Below, in pieces: positions 1 to 13,800 of a stretch of 64,000 bases of DNA (its first letter is position 1; the number at the start of each line of letters is the position of its first letter). Location of the stretch: contig CAJFCJ010000007.1 of the NCBI GenBank assembly GCA_904063045.1, forward strand, positions 1,508,873-1,572,872, written 5' to 3'. The notes under the pieces were generated by a model. The model saw only the letters and a list, made by a program, of their open reading frames with translations, did not search any database and was not told where the DNA came from. Source of the stretch: Dimorphilus gyrociliatus (taxonomy: Eukaryota > Animalia > Annelida). The position numbers were made by a program, and so were the translations under genes.

Positions 1-114
1 GTAACTAGACGGCAATAATTCGAAATTATCAAAAAGTTTCGTGCATAACATGTATTATATATCTTGATGAAATTAATACAGTTAGACGTCTAAAGTAAAT
101 CAATAAATCAAGCT

Positions 115-1742
115 TTAAACGGACTTAGAGCGATCAACATTTAAAAGTTTCTCTGCAACACCTAAATAATAAACAGTTTGAGCGATACCAAACAATGGAG
201 CGATGACCATTATTCTGCAGGTTGCCCCTTTGAAAAATGCTTTTCCTCCCTCTATTCCCCAAGTCTTTCTGAAGCAGTCGATTATTCCTTCGTATGTTGT
301 TTCTCCCTGACCCTTTGAGAGTGTTTGCAACCTTGTCTTGACGACATCGAAAGGATTTACACTCAGAGACGCTATGCAACCAGCTAAACAGCCCCCAACG
401 AAGGTTACATAAAATTTAGAACTACCATCAGCTCTCTTTGGTCCAACGGAATTAAAATGGGCAAAGAGTGGGAAATATATTGCGCTAAAAGTGACGTCGC
501 GTAAAGCGGTAGCGCCACACCCTTTGTATAGGCCAAATAAACCTCTTTCTCTCAATAGCTTCAAGGCAATGCTAGTGGCAGTCATTGTCGTTTCTTTCGT
601 CGTTGTTGCATATGATCGGCTAGAATGAAGCTCTGCAGACGTCTTTTTCATTATTACTTTTGGTTTTGATATTTTCCTTCCGGCATCTTGCATTTGAATT
701 TTTAATAACTCCATAGGGGTGGTTACAGTAATTTGACATAGGCCAGCTCCCCCTCCAGCTAACATTTCTCGGAATAGCGTTAGTTTTCCTTGTTTATTCT
801 GAAGTTTATGGCGAAGAATGTCATTACCAACTAATTTAATAACCTTTTCTGGCGTTATTAAAAGAAGATTGACAGCAGATCCTATAAGATAAAATGAATT
901 ACTCAATTAAGTTCATTTTGATTTCTATATTGAAGTTATACGAAATTAATGTGTCATACCTTTGTACATGCCAAATATTCCCTCACTCTTGGCAGTTTTA
1001 ACAAAACAATCAAACATCGAATTGTACATACGTTGGCCATTGCTCGTTATTTGTTGATTTTGAAGTCGAGTTTTTACGAGATCAATTGGGAAAACACAAG
1101 TAACACCAATAAGACCGGCTATACTTCCGTTTATAACACGAGGTAATAAGCTGAATTTGAGAATAATGTTAAATAAGAATATTCATATATATATAATTTC
1201 TGTCTAATACTAAACTGGAATCAAGAAACGTTTTCCTCAATCTAGACTGAAAAATAACATAAGTATTTTCAGAGTTAACTTTAGTAAATGTATACATTGG
1301 TATACTGTATATTATCGAGTAATGGCCAGTTCTTAGTAACTTGTAATTGTTTTAAAATATTGATTGAGTTGAAAAAAACCTTTAATAAACTTCAATTAAT
1401 TAAAGTAGCTAAGTTTGGCTTTTTACTCAACAAGACATTTACGTAAATTTTGTTAATTTGCGACTCTGAAAGATTAGGTAAGGGCATTGATTCGTCAAAA
1501 AAAGAGTATTATTTCTTGATGTCTACGTTAATATTCTTTTTTCACTTTCAGTATTAATTAAATACACGTTAAAAGTATATACAAAAGGCTTTTTACCCTT
1601 CTTTTAAGCGAATCAACCGAGAGATGTATATAGGGACATAAGGAAAGAAAAAAATCAATAAGCTTTTATATCTATAAACAAGCCAGCGTCACTGTATTAA
1701 ATATAGCATATAGAAAGCTACCTACTCAAAATTTTCATCCAT
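115..1742 (-). CDS. SLC25A22: Mitochondrial carrier, glutamate/H+ symporter type (SLC25A22/SLC25A18-like); 3 coding exons (~1742-1726, 1151-960, 881-115)
   Basis: Spliced translation MDENF(D)[32 protein letters not shown]...MYKG|[16 protein letters not shown]... has three carrier signatures ([30 protein letters not shown]). GT-AG junctions restore the frame. The tiny first exon is the least certain part. Confidence 0.9.
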
Positions 1743-2715
1743 CAGCTTTGTTGACCTTGGTGAATACGATTTCCGAAAGTCTCTGCAGTAACAATATAAA
1801 TATGAAGCTATTTATAAATAATATATAGGAAAATATTTTAAAACTACAACGTCATTGATTAGCAGCTGAAAACGATATCTCTGAGAGGCCAAAATATTCC
1901 AAGGACAATTAAAAAATAGAATAGATAATTTTAGTTTGTTCAAATTGATTCAAACTTGGCTTTTGTTCAATCGATAACACCCCCCTCCCCCTATTTCAAT
2001 AACAGTTTAATTAGATTTGAACATCTAATCACAACAAAGTAATTTTGCAAAAAATGGATATAAAATTCACATATTTAAACATATCCTAGCACATATGTAG
2101 AATAAGATAAATACATATTAATTATTGACAAAAATAATCTAATTCTACTCTTATTGCTGTGTTAAATTTCTCATACATATGCTTCTTACATCTTAGCCTG
2201 TAAACTAAGCCTATACGACTAAAGCTGAAATTTATTAAACACGTGCAGCTATGGTAAACTAAATAAGAATATAAAATTGAACAACAGCTATTGTTTTTCT
2301 TCAATTTTGATTACCTTGGAAGTTGTTACTTCTGTACTTTTCAAGGAATGAGAAGAAAATAATTATAAATAGTCCTTCAACTAAGACTTATTGGCGACTA
2401 ACGTCATGGTGGCGCGGTAGACTGTTGTCACGTGATCTGATAGTGAACAACTTATCAACTTGATTAGATTCTACAGCAATATCTAAACATATTTTAATGC
2501 TGTAAATAATAATATGTATTAATTAAAAAAACCCACAAATTTTCCTATAAATCTCTATTAACGGTAAAATTTACTTGTTCTTTCCGGAAGTCTTACAGCC
2601 TTGCATGCCAAAAAGGTCAAGATAAAAAATTTGGTGCTAAAATCCAATAGCTTACGTATTTTGATTACAATTCTTTTGAATATATATTAGATAATACTTT
2701 ATCAGCCTCTCGAAC

Positions 2716-3667
2716 ATGTCAGAAAAAAGCGATCATATGGAACACACGCCCTCAAGCACTGAGGATGATACACTCTCTCTAGCCACTGTAACTGAAAAAT
2801 TCAGTCTTTCTCCTACAGTAATTGGAATAGAATTGTTCGTTAGTGACGATAAATTTTCGTTTCTACCTGGTCAATGGTAAAATATTCATTACTATTCACA
2901 TCATTCAATTGAGTTTTATTTTTGTAAAATATAGGATTGATACACACATTCCCAATGTGCCTGTTATTGGAGGTTTTTCAATGACATCAACTATTGACCA
3001 CTACACGAAAACCCGAAAAATAGGCCTGGCAATTAAATACAGCGAACATCCACCGACGTATTGGTTTCATAATAAGGCTAGTCTGCTTAAATTAATATAG
3101 TCTTTGTACTAATGTAAATACAACAAACTAAATTCTAGTGTAATGTGGGAGACAAGGTACAAATTAGAAGTGGGGGCAGTTTTTATCTGAAGGGAGAAGA
3201 TAGCAGCTCTCCACTATTATTATTTGCGGGAGGAGTTGGAATTAACCCTATTTTATCTATGCTATCAAGTGTTGCAAAAGATGCATCTTCTATTACATTA
3301 TTCTATTCGGCAAAGTCTATAGAAGAATTGATTTTTAAAGTAAGATTGTAAAGATTTAATTAGGTTTATATCCATTAAGTAATCAAAACAAACATAGAAA
3401 GAAATCGATCGAATATGCCAGATCAACGACAACTTCAAAAGATGTTATTTCATCACGCAAGAGAAGCTTTCGCAGACTGAAGAATCCATTTGTAATAGGC
3501 GCATAAATTGTAATGATGTCAGACGCGAAATTCAAAGACTGCTCTCTTTCGATTTGAAGCCAAAAGCATTTATTTGTGGTCCTACTTCCATGATAGATGA
3601 CGTAGAATCATGGCTTAAGTTGGAAAAATTTGCTCAAAATCAAATACACTATGAAAAGTGGTGGTAA
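2716..3667 (+). CDS. OXNAD1: Oxidoreductase NAD-binding domain-containing protein 1 (FNR-like FAD/NAD oxidoreductase), 4 exons
   Basis: FSFLPGQW|IDTHIPNVPVIGGFSMTS, LLLFAGGVGINPILSML, FICGPTSM and C-terminal YEKWW* match the OXNAD1 pattern. Introns are ~55-65 nt GT-AG. Confidence 0.9.
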
Positions 3668-3737
3668 GGAATTTCTTCGCAAAGACAAACAACCCAGGTT
3701 TTGGCACTCTTTTTTTTAAAGGTAATTAGGGGGGAAC

Positions 3738-5817
3738 TTAAAACTTTGTTTCTTTCTGTTCAGAACTTTTGTGTCTTTTTCTGACAGGTGATACTGTAGG
3801 AATATCCTCTCCCCAATCGTCTGTAGGTTTTGTTAGATTCCTGACTCTCTGTTATAATACAGAATATTATATGATTAATAAGAGTCTTTAATTAGTTTAT
3901 ATAAACGTACTTGTAAGAAGGTCTTGTCTTTATCCTTCGTACTTAACAGGAAAATAGCAGCCGCCGGTATTGATGCAACTGAGGTAAAACTGATCATCCA
4001 ACCGATCACTTCAGCCCAAACGGGAAATTCATAATTATCGTATCTACTACGCTTAAATTGAATGAAGGTAAAGAGTGATATGACGACTAAAGCTATCGGG
4101 GTTATAAACTTCCACATTACAAACCAATATACTCCAATTTTCTTTTCCAACATTTGATAGATATCTTTCTTGAATCTATCATAGCCATATACCCAAGCCA
4201 ACACCAAACATTCCGTTAAAGCAATTATTAATACTGAATAACTGGCTGAATAGTTATCCAATAGCGTTAAGACATACATTCCGCCCTCAGTACAACATGG
4301 TAGACCCAATAAAAATAAAACTATGCATAAAATGATCAAGAGAAGCGTAGGTCGAAGTCCGCTTCGAAATTTATTGGGAAACAGATCCATCAAAGTTGTG
4401 TGGACGGTATTTAGAATTGCAAATTGTGTGCCTAATCCCAAAGTTATTAGCATAAGGAAAAACATCATCGACCACAAAGGAGCAACAGGTAGTTTTGTCA
4501 CGACTTCTGGATACACTATAAAAGCTAATCCAGGGCCTTCGTTTGCCACCTTATCGATATCGACATTTAAATCATTTGCCATGTAACCAATGATAGAGAA
4601 TATTACCAAACCAGCAAAAACTGAAGTTAGGATATCCCCGATTGATACAATAAAAGCATCTCTGAGACAATTATTTTTGAACTTATTGTAAGAAGATAAA
4701 CAAATCAAACCTCCCCAGCCGGGAGCCAATGAAAAGAAAATTTGCACAGCTGCATCAGCCCAAATCGTTGGCTGAAGTAGCTTTTCCCATTTGGGTGTGA
4801 TAAAATAAAGTAACCCGTCGCTAGCTCCAGGTAATGTTAAAGCCTTAATCAACAGTATCGTTAATACAACGTAAGGAAATGTTGATGTGAAGTAGACTGC
4901 TCGACCTGAGGATTTTATGCCTTTTATAAGGCAGATGCCAACAAGAACCCATGATAACAAAAGATATCCTGCAATGGGCCAACGAATTCCTCCCAAATTA
5001 TCGATCGATGAGGAAATATGGAGGACATGTCTATGAAAATATTCATCACTTGGGCTTGTGTCATTCAAGCTATATTTGGCCAGTGCTGTTATATTTTCGT
5101 ACTCTGGGGAATCCCTTGTATAACATATGGAATTATACCATGTTCCATTGAAACTGGTACAATTTGTGTGTCCTGGATCACTGGCAGTTCGAACTCGACA
5201 ATTTTCCGTATTCCAGACGTTTCCGCATTCGGCCCAAGGTAATTTTGACGTAAAGGATGAAAAGAAATAGTAAAAGGTCCAAGATATTATCACATTGTAG
5301 TAGATTGCCACGAAAAATGAGACAAGCATCATACCAATACCAATTCCTCGAAATAAAGGACAACAATTCCAGATAGTAATGACACCACATTGAGCATATT
5401 GCCCGAAAGATGATTCCAGGAAGAACATTGGAATACCCGTGAGACCAAGCATAAATACGAACGGAAAGAGGAAAGCACCTAAGAGCATAAGGAAGTATTT
5501 ATTGGTACATTTGTGAATATATAATTATATATGTAATAAAAACCTCCTCCATTCTTATAGCACTGATATGGAAATCTCCAGACGTTTCCCAATCCTACAG
5601 CAAACGATAAACAAGACAATATAAAGTCAAGTTTTCCCGACCAATTCCCTCTTTCACGATTTTCGTCGCCTTCTTCAACGTAAGAAGAGGTTGACTTAGT
5701 GCGTCTCCTTTCTTTTTTCTTTTTTTTAAGCATTTGAAGCTTCTCTTCATCTTTCAATTGAACAGTTTTCTGTGGTGGTTCGCTAATGAAAACTTCTTCA
5801 TCCTTCGAATTCCCATC
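3738..5817 (-). CDS. SLC6 Na+/Cl- dependent amino-acid transporter, glycine-transporter-like; 5' end not resolved (leader or first exon upstream of 5817)
   Basis: [38 protein letters not shown] and [13 protein letters not shown]; 12 hydrophobic segments. Gly rather than Asp in TM1 indicates an amino-acid, not monoamine, substrate. Last exon 3848-3738 ends KETKF*. Confidence 0.9.
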
Positions 5818-6830
5818 CTATCAATTGTACGTTAAATGCACTTAAAATTATTTAGTATTCAAAGCACAGTGCAAGTTAAAAAAACATTAAATATATTTAC
5901 GCATTTAGGGTATTATATTTGTGAAGTTGAATCGATTTGCTAATAGGGATATGTAGGGGGAGTGTATGCTTTTTTATAGGGAAAACAATGAAATTTAGGG
6001 ATTCTAAAGTTTGCCTTAGACCATTGTAATATATAGATTATTCATGTGTTAGGCCTATATTTTTCACGTGGAAGTTAACATTCATTTAATTATACAACAA
6101 AAATTAATTGAAATTTTTCCATACCATTTTAACTCAAAGACTTTATTTCAAATTTGTTTATAGTAATAATATACGAGATTCATTGCGAGATTCAGATCCT
6201 CCACGCCATTTTAGCCATTTACATATTTGATGGTTTGCGTCAGAGAAATCCGGTTCCGGTTCATCTTGCATCGATTTAGTTCAGACTACATTCACTAGGT
6301 GTAAATAAATTAAGTAGTTTGTGAGCGTTGTTTGCTCTGCGAAAAAATTTCGTATAGTTCATTTATTTATATCATGTTAATTGCCGAAATAAGGGATTTT
6401 CATTCGAACAATTCAAATTACCCGCCCTAAATGATAGCCTATCAGCCAAAGGTTGCACGTGCATTCATATAGGACTAAAGCAAAGCTCTTGATTTAGAAC
6501 TAGAGTTTTAAAAACTTCTAAAATAACCTTTAATTTCTGTTGTTGAGGTATTAAAAGTATTTTAAAAATATAATAAAATTATTTTTAAGATATATTCGCT
6601 GAATAAAGTTTATTCTTCGAGTATCTGGAAATACGTGTGAGCGATAAATCAATTGAATAATACTAGTGACATTTTCAGTAAAGATGACCTCAACTATTTA
6701 TTCTTCAATTAAGAAATGCACAATGTTTGCTTGCTATAGAATATTTAGAAGCAATAATGGAAAAAAGTAAGAGTTGTTTTATATTATTATGTAAATTAAG
6801 ACAAATAGCGTCATAAAAACATTTAAAAAA

Positions 6831-7319
6831 ATGGATCGAAGAAGCTCTTTTCGTGTACCAGATAGAACTATAGTTATAGCAGTTGACTCAAGCGATAATT
6901 CTAAGCATGCATTCAATCGTTACCTTGAAGAATATTACAGAGGAGGGGACGAAATATTAATAACTCATATCCCGGAGTTACCCAAATTTCCGACAATTCA
7001 ATTCAGATCAGGACTAGTACTGCCAACCGATGAATGGGTAAAGAGATTGGAGGAGAAGCAAGATAAAAGCTCAAAATTTTTAGATTATTACGATAAACTA
7101 TGTAATGAGAAGGGTATAAAACGAAAGATTATTATCAAATTCGGCCCTGATAAACCTGCCGAAGAAATTTGGAAGATTGCCCTCGAGAACGATGCAAAAC
7201 TTATTGTAGTTGGAACAAGAGGTTTAGGTCCTTTAAAAAGAGCTCTTTTAGGATCCGTTTCTGAACAAGTCGCGAGATTTGCAGGTTGTCCTGTTTTGAT
7301 AATATCAAATAAGAAATAA
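6831..7319 (+). CDS. Universal stress protein A-like (USP domain), intronless CDS
   Basis: TIVIAVDSSDNSKHAF at the N-terminus and the ATP-binding motif G-x2-G-x9-GS (VVGTRGLGPLKRALLGSVS...GCPVLII). Confidence 0.92.
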   Translation: MDRRSSFRVPDRTIVIAVDSSDNSKHAFNRYLEEYYRGGDEILITHIPELPKFPTIQFRSGLVLPTDEWVKRLEEKQDKSSKFLDYYDKLCNEKGIKRKIIIKFGPDKPAEEIWKIALENDAKLIVVGTRGLGPLKRALLGSVSEQVARFAGCPVLIISNKK

Positions 7320-7375
7320 CTGACGATTGTCTTTTACTATTTGTTTTCTTTTTACGATTGACTTTAATAGATTAC

Positions 7376-8900
<1,525 letters not shown>

Positions 8901-9053
8901 GACGCAGAGTTGTTTTCATTCGAAGTTTCCTTTATTAGTAGATAAATAATCTTGGCTTTTTCCAACAAATAATATAATATTTTGACACAATTGTTATTGA
9001 CAGTTATTTATACTTTTTGTATATCTTTGTATTTTCATATTTCTTTCATCAGC

Positions 9054-10034
9054 CTACTTGCATATTAGCTTTTGAACCTTAACTCTAAATGATTTTCGAA
9101 CAACATAATAGATGATAAAATTAGTTGCTGAATTTGTTATTACCAAAATATTGTTTACCCCCATTAATATGGAAAAAGGTGTATGACAATTCTCTTGAAT
9201 TTCCCAGACTGACTTTACAATCATTTGAATTCTATCTGGAGTGTGACAGACTAGAACTTGAATTATAATTATTATCATCACATAGGTAAGACTTGAACAA
9301 TAGCCTTCGGTATTTACTCTAATGTTTGATGGTCTAAGTGCCCTTTGACGAATTTTCATTATTATTCTTATGTTGATAACGGCCAGAAGAATTAGAGGTA
9401 GAATTAATGCAATGGAGGTATAAATAGTTTCATAAACTTTCCAAGTGATTGAATTGGGTCCATATATAATATACATATCCATAGTTTCCATGTCCATTTT
9501 ATACTGAAAGAAACGCATTAGGTTGGATAGAAAGGATAAAATCAAGACTATCGTCACTTGCGTTTTAATAGCTCTTACTGTGTTTAAACTGCGGGCTTTG
9601 AAAGGCTTACAAACAGCTATATGTCTGTTAATTGCAATGAGTAGAGTAATCCAGATGGTTGCCAATTGCAGTACATTAGCAAAAGGGGTTGCGAAGTAAG
9701 CGATGAGTTGCCCTGTCTGACCGCTCAATGAGAGACCATGACAAATGGATAGAACAGCAAATGCTAATGCTAAAAAAAGGTTGTCGACCACTGCCAAGCA
9801 GGAAAGTAACAGGTTCGCCACTCTATGAGATTTTTCCTTGCGCAACACAATCACTGAAACAGTGTTACCAACTAATCCAAAAATGCAAATAGGTGATAAG
9901 ATCAGTGTATAGATGATAAAAAATTGTAATTTGCAATCATTCTCCGAATCCTCTGACGAAGAATTGATATTTAATTTCTTTTCCGAACTATTCATACTTC
10001 CAGCATCAAAGTTAATGAAAACTTCTTTGGACAA
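9054..10034 (-). CDS. Rhodopsin-family peptide GPCR (FMRFamide-receptor-like invertebrate group), intronless
   Basis: Seven hydrophobic helices; GLVGN (TM1), LAVVD (TM2), INRH in place of DRY, CHTP (TM6), NSATNFIIY (TM7). Confidence 0.85.
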   Translation of the reverse strand: MSKEVFINFDAGSMNSSEKKLNINSSSEDSENDCKLQFFIIYTLILSPICIFGLVGNTVSVIVLRKEKSHRVANLLLSCLAVVDNLFLALAFAVLSICHGLSLSGQTGQLIAYFATPFANVLQLATIWITLLIAINRHIAVCKPFKARSLNTVRAIKTQVTIVLILSFLSNLMRFFQYKMDMETMDMYIIYGPNSITWKVYETIYTSIALILPLILLAVINIRIIMKIRQRALRPSNIRVNTEGYCSSLTYVMIIIIIQVLVCHTPDRIQMIVKSVWEIQENCHTPFSILMGVNNILVITNSATNFIIYYVVRKSFRVKVQKLICK

Positions 10035-10887
10035 TCACGCCATCTAGATACAAGAGATACAATAAATCATAAATTTTTTAAACTTTCTTTTTTCGGATAT
10101 TGCAATACAAATAAGAGAGAATTTAAAATTCAATAAACTAGAATCCGCCCGTAATTAAACATACATACTTCTCTAAGTAAAAAATAGTATATATATGGAA
10201 GCAGTTATAGAGAATTTGATATTTAATAATCATTAACTAATCTATATATGCAAATAAGAGATAAGATTACCTATTCGGGCTTTACCGAAAAGCAGAGTAA
10301 TTATTTACAATTGGCTATTAATAATGCTCGGGAAGAGAGAACTTTTCAATAAATTGTATTTGATATTTGGATAATTAAAAGTAAAATTTTTATTATAAGC
10401 CTTAAATAGTTTTTGTAATAAATAGTACAGTAAATCATTTCCAATAAACTTTGTATATCTACACATGCAATATAGAAAATATTATGTCTACATGTTCTAT
10501 TTATATTCAATTAGTATATTCAAGTAGTTTAATTAGTAGTATATCATTCGTTTTTATTAACGTCGTTAATTTAATCATGATAGTACAAGCCAAAGTGTAC
10601 AATATACTGGCACGAAATAATGGATATGTTTGATTAGAGTAAACAGTAATAAGTAGAGGCAGACCTATATACATGTTATTGAAACCGAAAGAGCATACTT
10701 TTCAGCACCTAAACTTTGGAAATCAAGTAGCACATGAACGAATAAGCGTATAAAAGCGTTCTTTAAAAGTTGGAAATGTTAGTTAATCTATTTTGCATAA
10801 ATACAAGCAAGATTGAGCAAGAGAGAGTAGTATAACAAAATTCTTAAAAAACAATGCATTAGAAAAGAGTTTTGGTAAGAGAAAATA

Positions 10888-13800
10888 TCACAATTCCTTA
10901 AGCTTTTGTAAGAGAGCTTCTGCTTCGCTTAAATCGTTGGCTGGTACGTTTTCTTTTTGGCGACGCGAAGCTTTAGATCTTACAGGGGTGTCAGCAATTT
11001 CATCGAAATTTATTTCTTTTACAACACTCTGAAAAATTTCTCAATGAAATAAAATTTATTTAAGATTTTCATACTTACATCTGTTGTAGAGTTTAATAAA
11101 TTTTGACGCGATCTAGATCTCTGCAATGCTGCTCGTCTTTCAGCTGAAAAATTCAATGTTTTTTAAATTGATTCTAAAAAATTGACAAACTGCAGAGTGA
11201 AAGAACATGCATATGATATAATGTAAAAAAAAAGTGAACGTAATGCATTAAGAAAGAATTTTAATATACAAAGAATAACATATGGAGGAAGGATAGCAAC
11301 CATAGGGAAGATAAATAAATATATACAAATAAATATATACAGGATATATCTGTATATACATATATATATTGTGGTTATATATTAATGCTATTTCTAAATA
11401 GGAATCAGACCAGGAATACTACCTGATGCTCATCTGGTCGCTCTTTAAATCTTAAAGAGCGTTGTCTGTTCACCATTTTAATTCGATCTAATCAAAAACA
11501 CAGTAGTTCTATATATCATATACAAAAGAACAAGAACCGATAATTTTCACAAATATGCAATACTAAAAGTACTGTTGATTAATACAGAAAAATATTTACC
11601 TCCTTGAGCTCTTGGAGTTCTCTTCTTTCGTTCTCTCTTCTCGCCATGTTGAAAGATAGCACCAGTGTTTAGTAAGTCTTGTAAGTTATCGATAATATTT
11701 GTTTGGTTATCGTCAATAGCTGTAACATCGAGAAATACTTTCTTCTGTCTCTCAATTCGTTCTTTCTTTTCTCTGTGTATATAATGGAATTTAGAATAAT
11801 AGTTGGAGAAAGATTTGTAAAATCGAACCGTTCAGCAGCCTCTTTAGCCTCTTTCTGCCTCTTCTTTCTGTCCTCTAGCTCCTTTTTCTGAGTCATTTCG
11901 TCTCTAATTCTCCTAAATTCTACTACAAATTGCTTGATATCATTCAAGCAGCTATCAATGCCGTATTCGTTGGTTTTAAATGCGAAATATTTGGCCATAG
12001 TTTCATACATATTTTTTTTGTTATTATTCAACGTTATGATAATATCATACTTTTTCTCTGCCTCAATAGAAAATTCCTCCATAATAGGCACAAAGCGGTC
12101 ATCAGCTAAAGTCTTTTTCATCTTTTTAGCATTTTGAACATCTGCTTTTAGTTGTTTTATTGATTTGGCTAATGAATTCAATTTTTGATCTATTTGTTCA
12201 TCAGCCTTACTGGCAGCTTCGAATAAATCATCAAAGTCATTGTAGAATGTCAAAAGATCGGGAAAGTTTTTCTCTAAATAATCAACAAGAAAATGCATCA
12301 TTGTAAATGTTGGATCCACAGTACTTCTTGTATTCACTAGGGATGGTAGATATTTTATATGGAAGCCAAGGGCCTGAGCTTTAGCAGAACCAGAATTGAC
12401 GTAATTCCCTATATATAGGATAGCTTCAAGCAATTGTTTAAAACGATCAGACTTTTGAATCTCTTCCAGGGCATTAGTTGTACAAAATATTTGCGGTTTT
12501 ATATCATTAACGATTTCTTCAAAATTTAATTTGAATATTATAGATTCGGTTTTATGCTTAACTTCTTTGACATCGCTTATTGTACATAAGAATTGCTCAC
12601 TTTCATACATCTGGTCATAATTATCCTTAAATGATGCAACAGTGGCTATCATCTCTTGATCAGGTAGTGTGTTTACAATTTGTTCAAGATTAGTTTCTTT
12701 ACACTTTTCTTCATCAATTTCTAATAGTCGACGTCTTATTTCCCAGAAAGGAACTTTAAGTGATCCAAGTAGTAGTCCTAAAAAGAATTAACAAAGACGT
12801 CAAATTTATTACATAGTGTTTTTGTACATTGTATACCGAGATTTTGATTTGTCTTCGAATCAAGAGCAAATAACTTCTTTTTCACAGTAATCTTTTTAGC
12901 TTCACTTGGTGTTGATCCTTCTTCATTCGTGTTGGCAGAATTTACTTTTTCTGAATTAAATTAAGTCAGCATATGAAAGAAAAATATACTTCAAGACTTA
13001 CTAGGAGCTCTTGTAGAGAATAGTTCCTCTAATTTGCTATTGAGTGCACTATCTTCAAATTTTTCCTCTCTCATATGTACCCATAAACTTTCTTTCTCTA
13101 AATCGCGTGCTGATACTTTATCCCAATGTAATTTTAGCAAAGGAGCCTTTAGTTTATATTTCTTTTTTTCTTTCATTCCATGTGGTAATGTAGGTGGACT
13201 AAACAGAGGGGTTCCTGGCATAGGGGGACCTGGTATTCCAGGTGGACCTGGTATACCTGCGAAATGGTTTACGGGAATTAAGAAATCTAATCATATGTCA
13301 AGTATATCAGCAAACCTGGACATGGTGGCGGCGGGGGCGGTGGGGGGATTCCTGGTCCACCTGGAAATGGTGGAGCAGCAGGAGGCGGAGGTGGAGGCGG
13401 TGGAGCAGGAGCTGTAACAGGAGGGGGAGGTGGGGGTCCTGGAGACTGCTTGTTGAGGGATGCCGTAATAGCTCCACCCAATAGTTCCTTATTCTATGAT
13501 TCAAACAATCAAGTTAGGTCTATAAGTAATTTTGCTGATATAAGATAAGAAAATTTACTTTTCCCTCCAAATCTTTCATCTTCGTTTCATATTGTTCTAT
13601 TTTACTTCTAAGAGTATCTAATTCAGCTTCCATTTCCCTCTTTTCAGCACCATCAAACGTTTTCTTGCTTTTATTTCTATATTGTCGTTTCATTGAGTCG
13701 TCATCCTCTAACTGCTCTTCAGAAAGTGTTCCTAAATGAAATTAATACAAGTTATTTCAAAGACATTTCAAGACAGAGATTTTAAAACCTATCAAAGGAG

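Noticed and set aside
134-1146. Short ORFs 134-379 (-) and 949-1146 (+)
   Set aside because: Alternate-frame or antisense shadows of SLC25A22 exons.
4323-5390. Several 66-87 aa ORFs overlapping the SLC6 exon
   Set aside because: Antisense or out-of-frame shadows of a long coding exon; no motifs.
13034-13504. GC-rich ORFs (127, 80, 65 aa) over the formin FH1 region
   Set aside because: Produced by poly-Pro codons (CCN/GGN), which rarely give stops in other frames.
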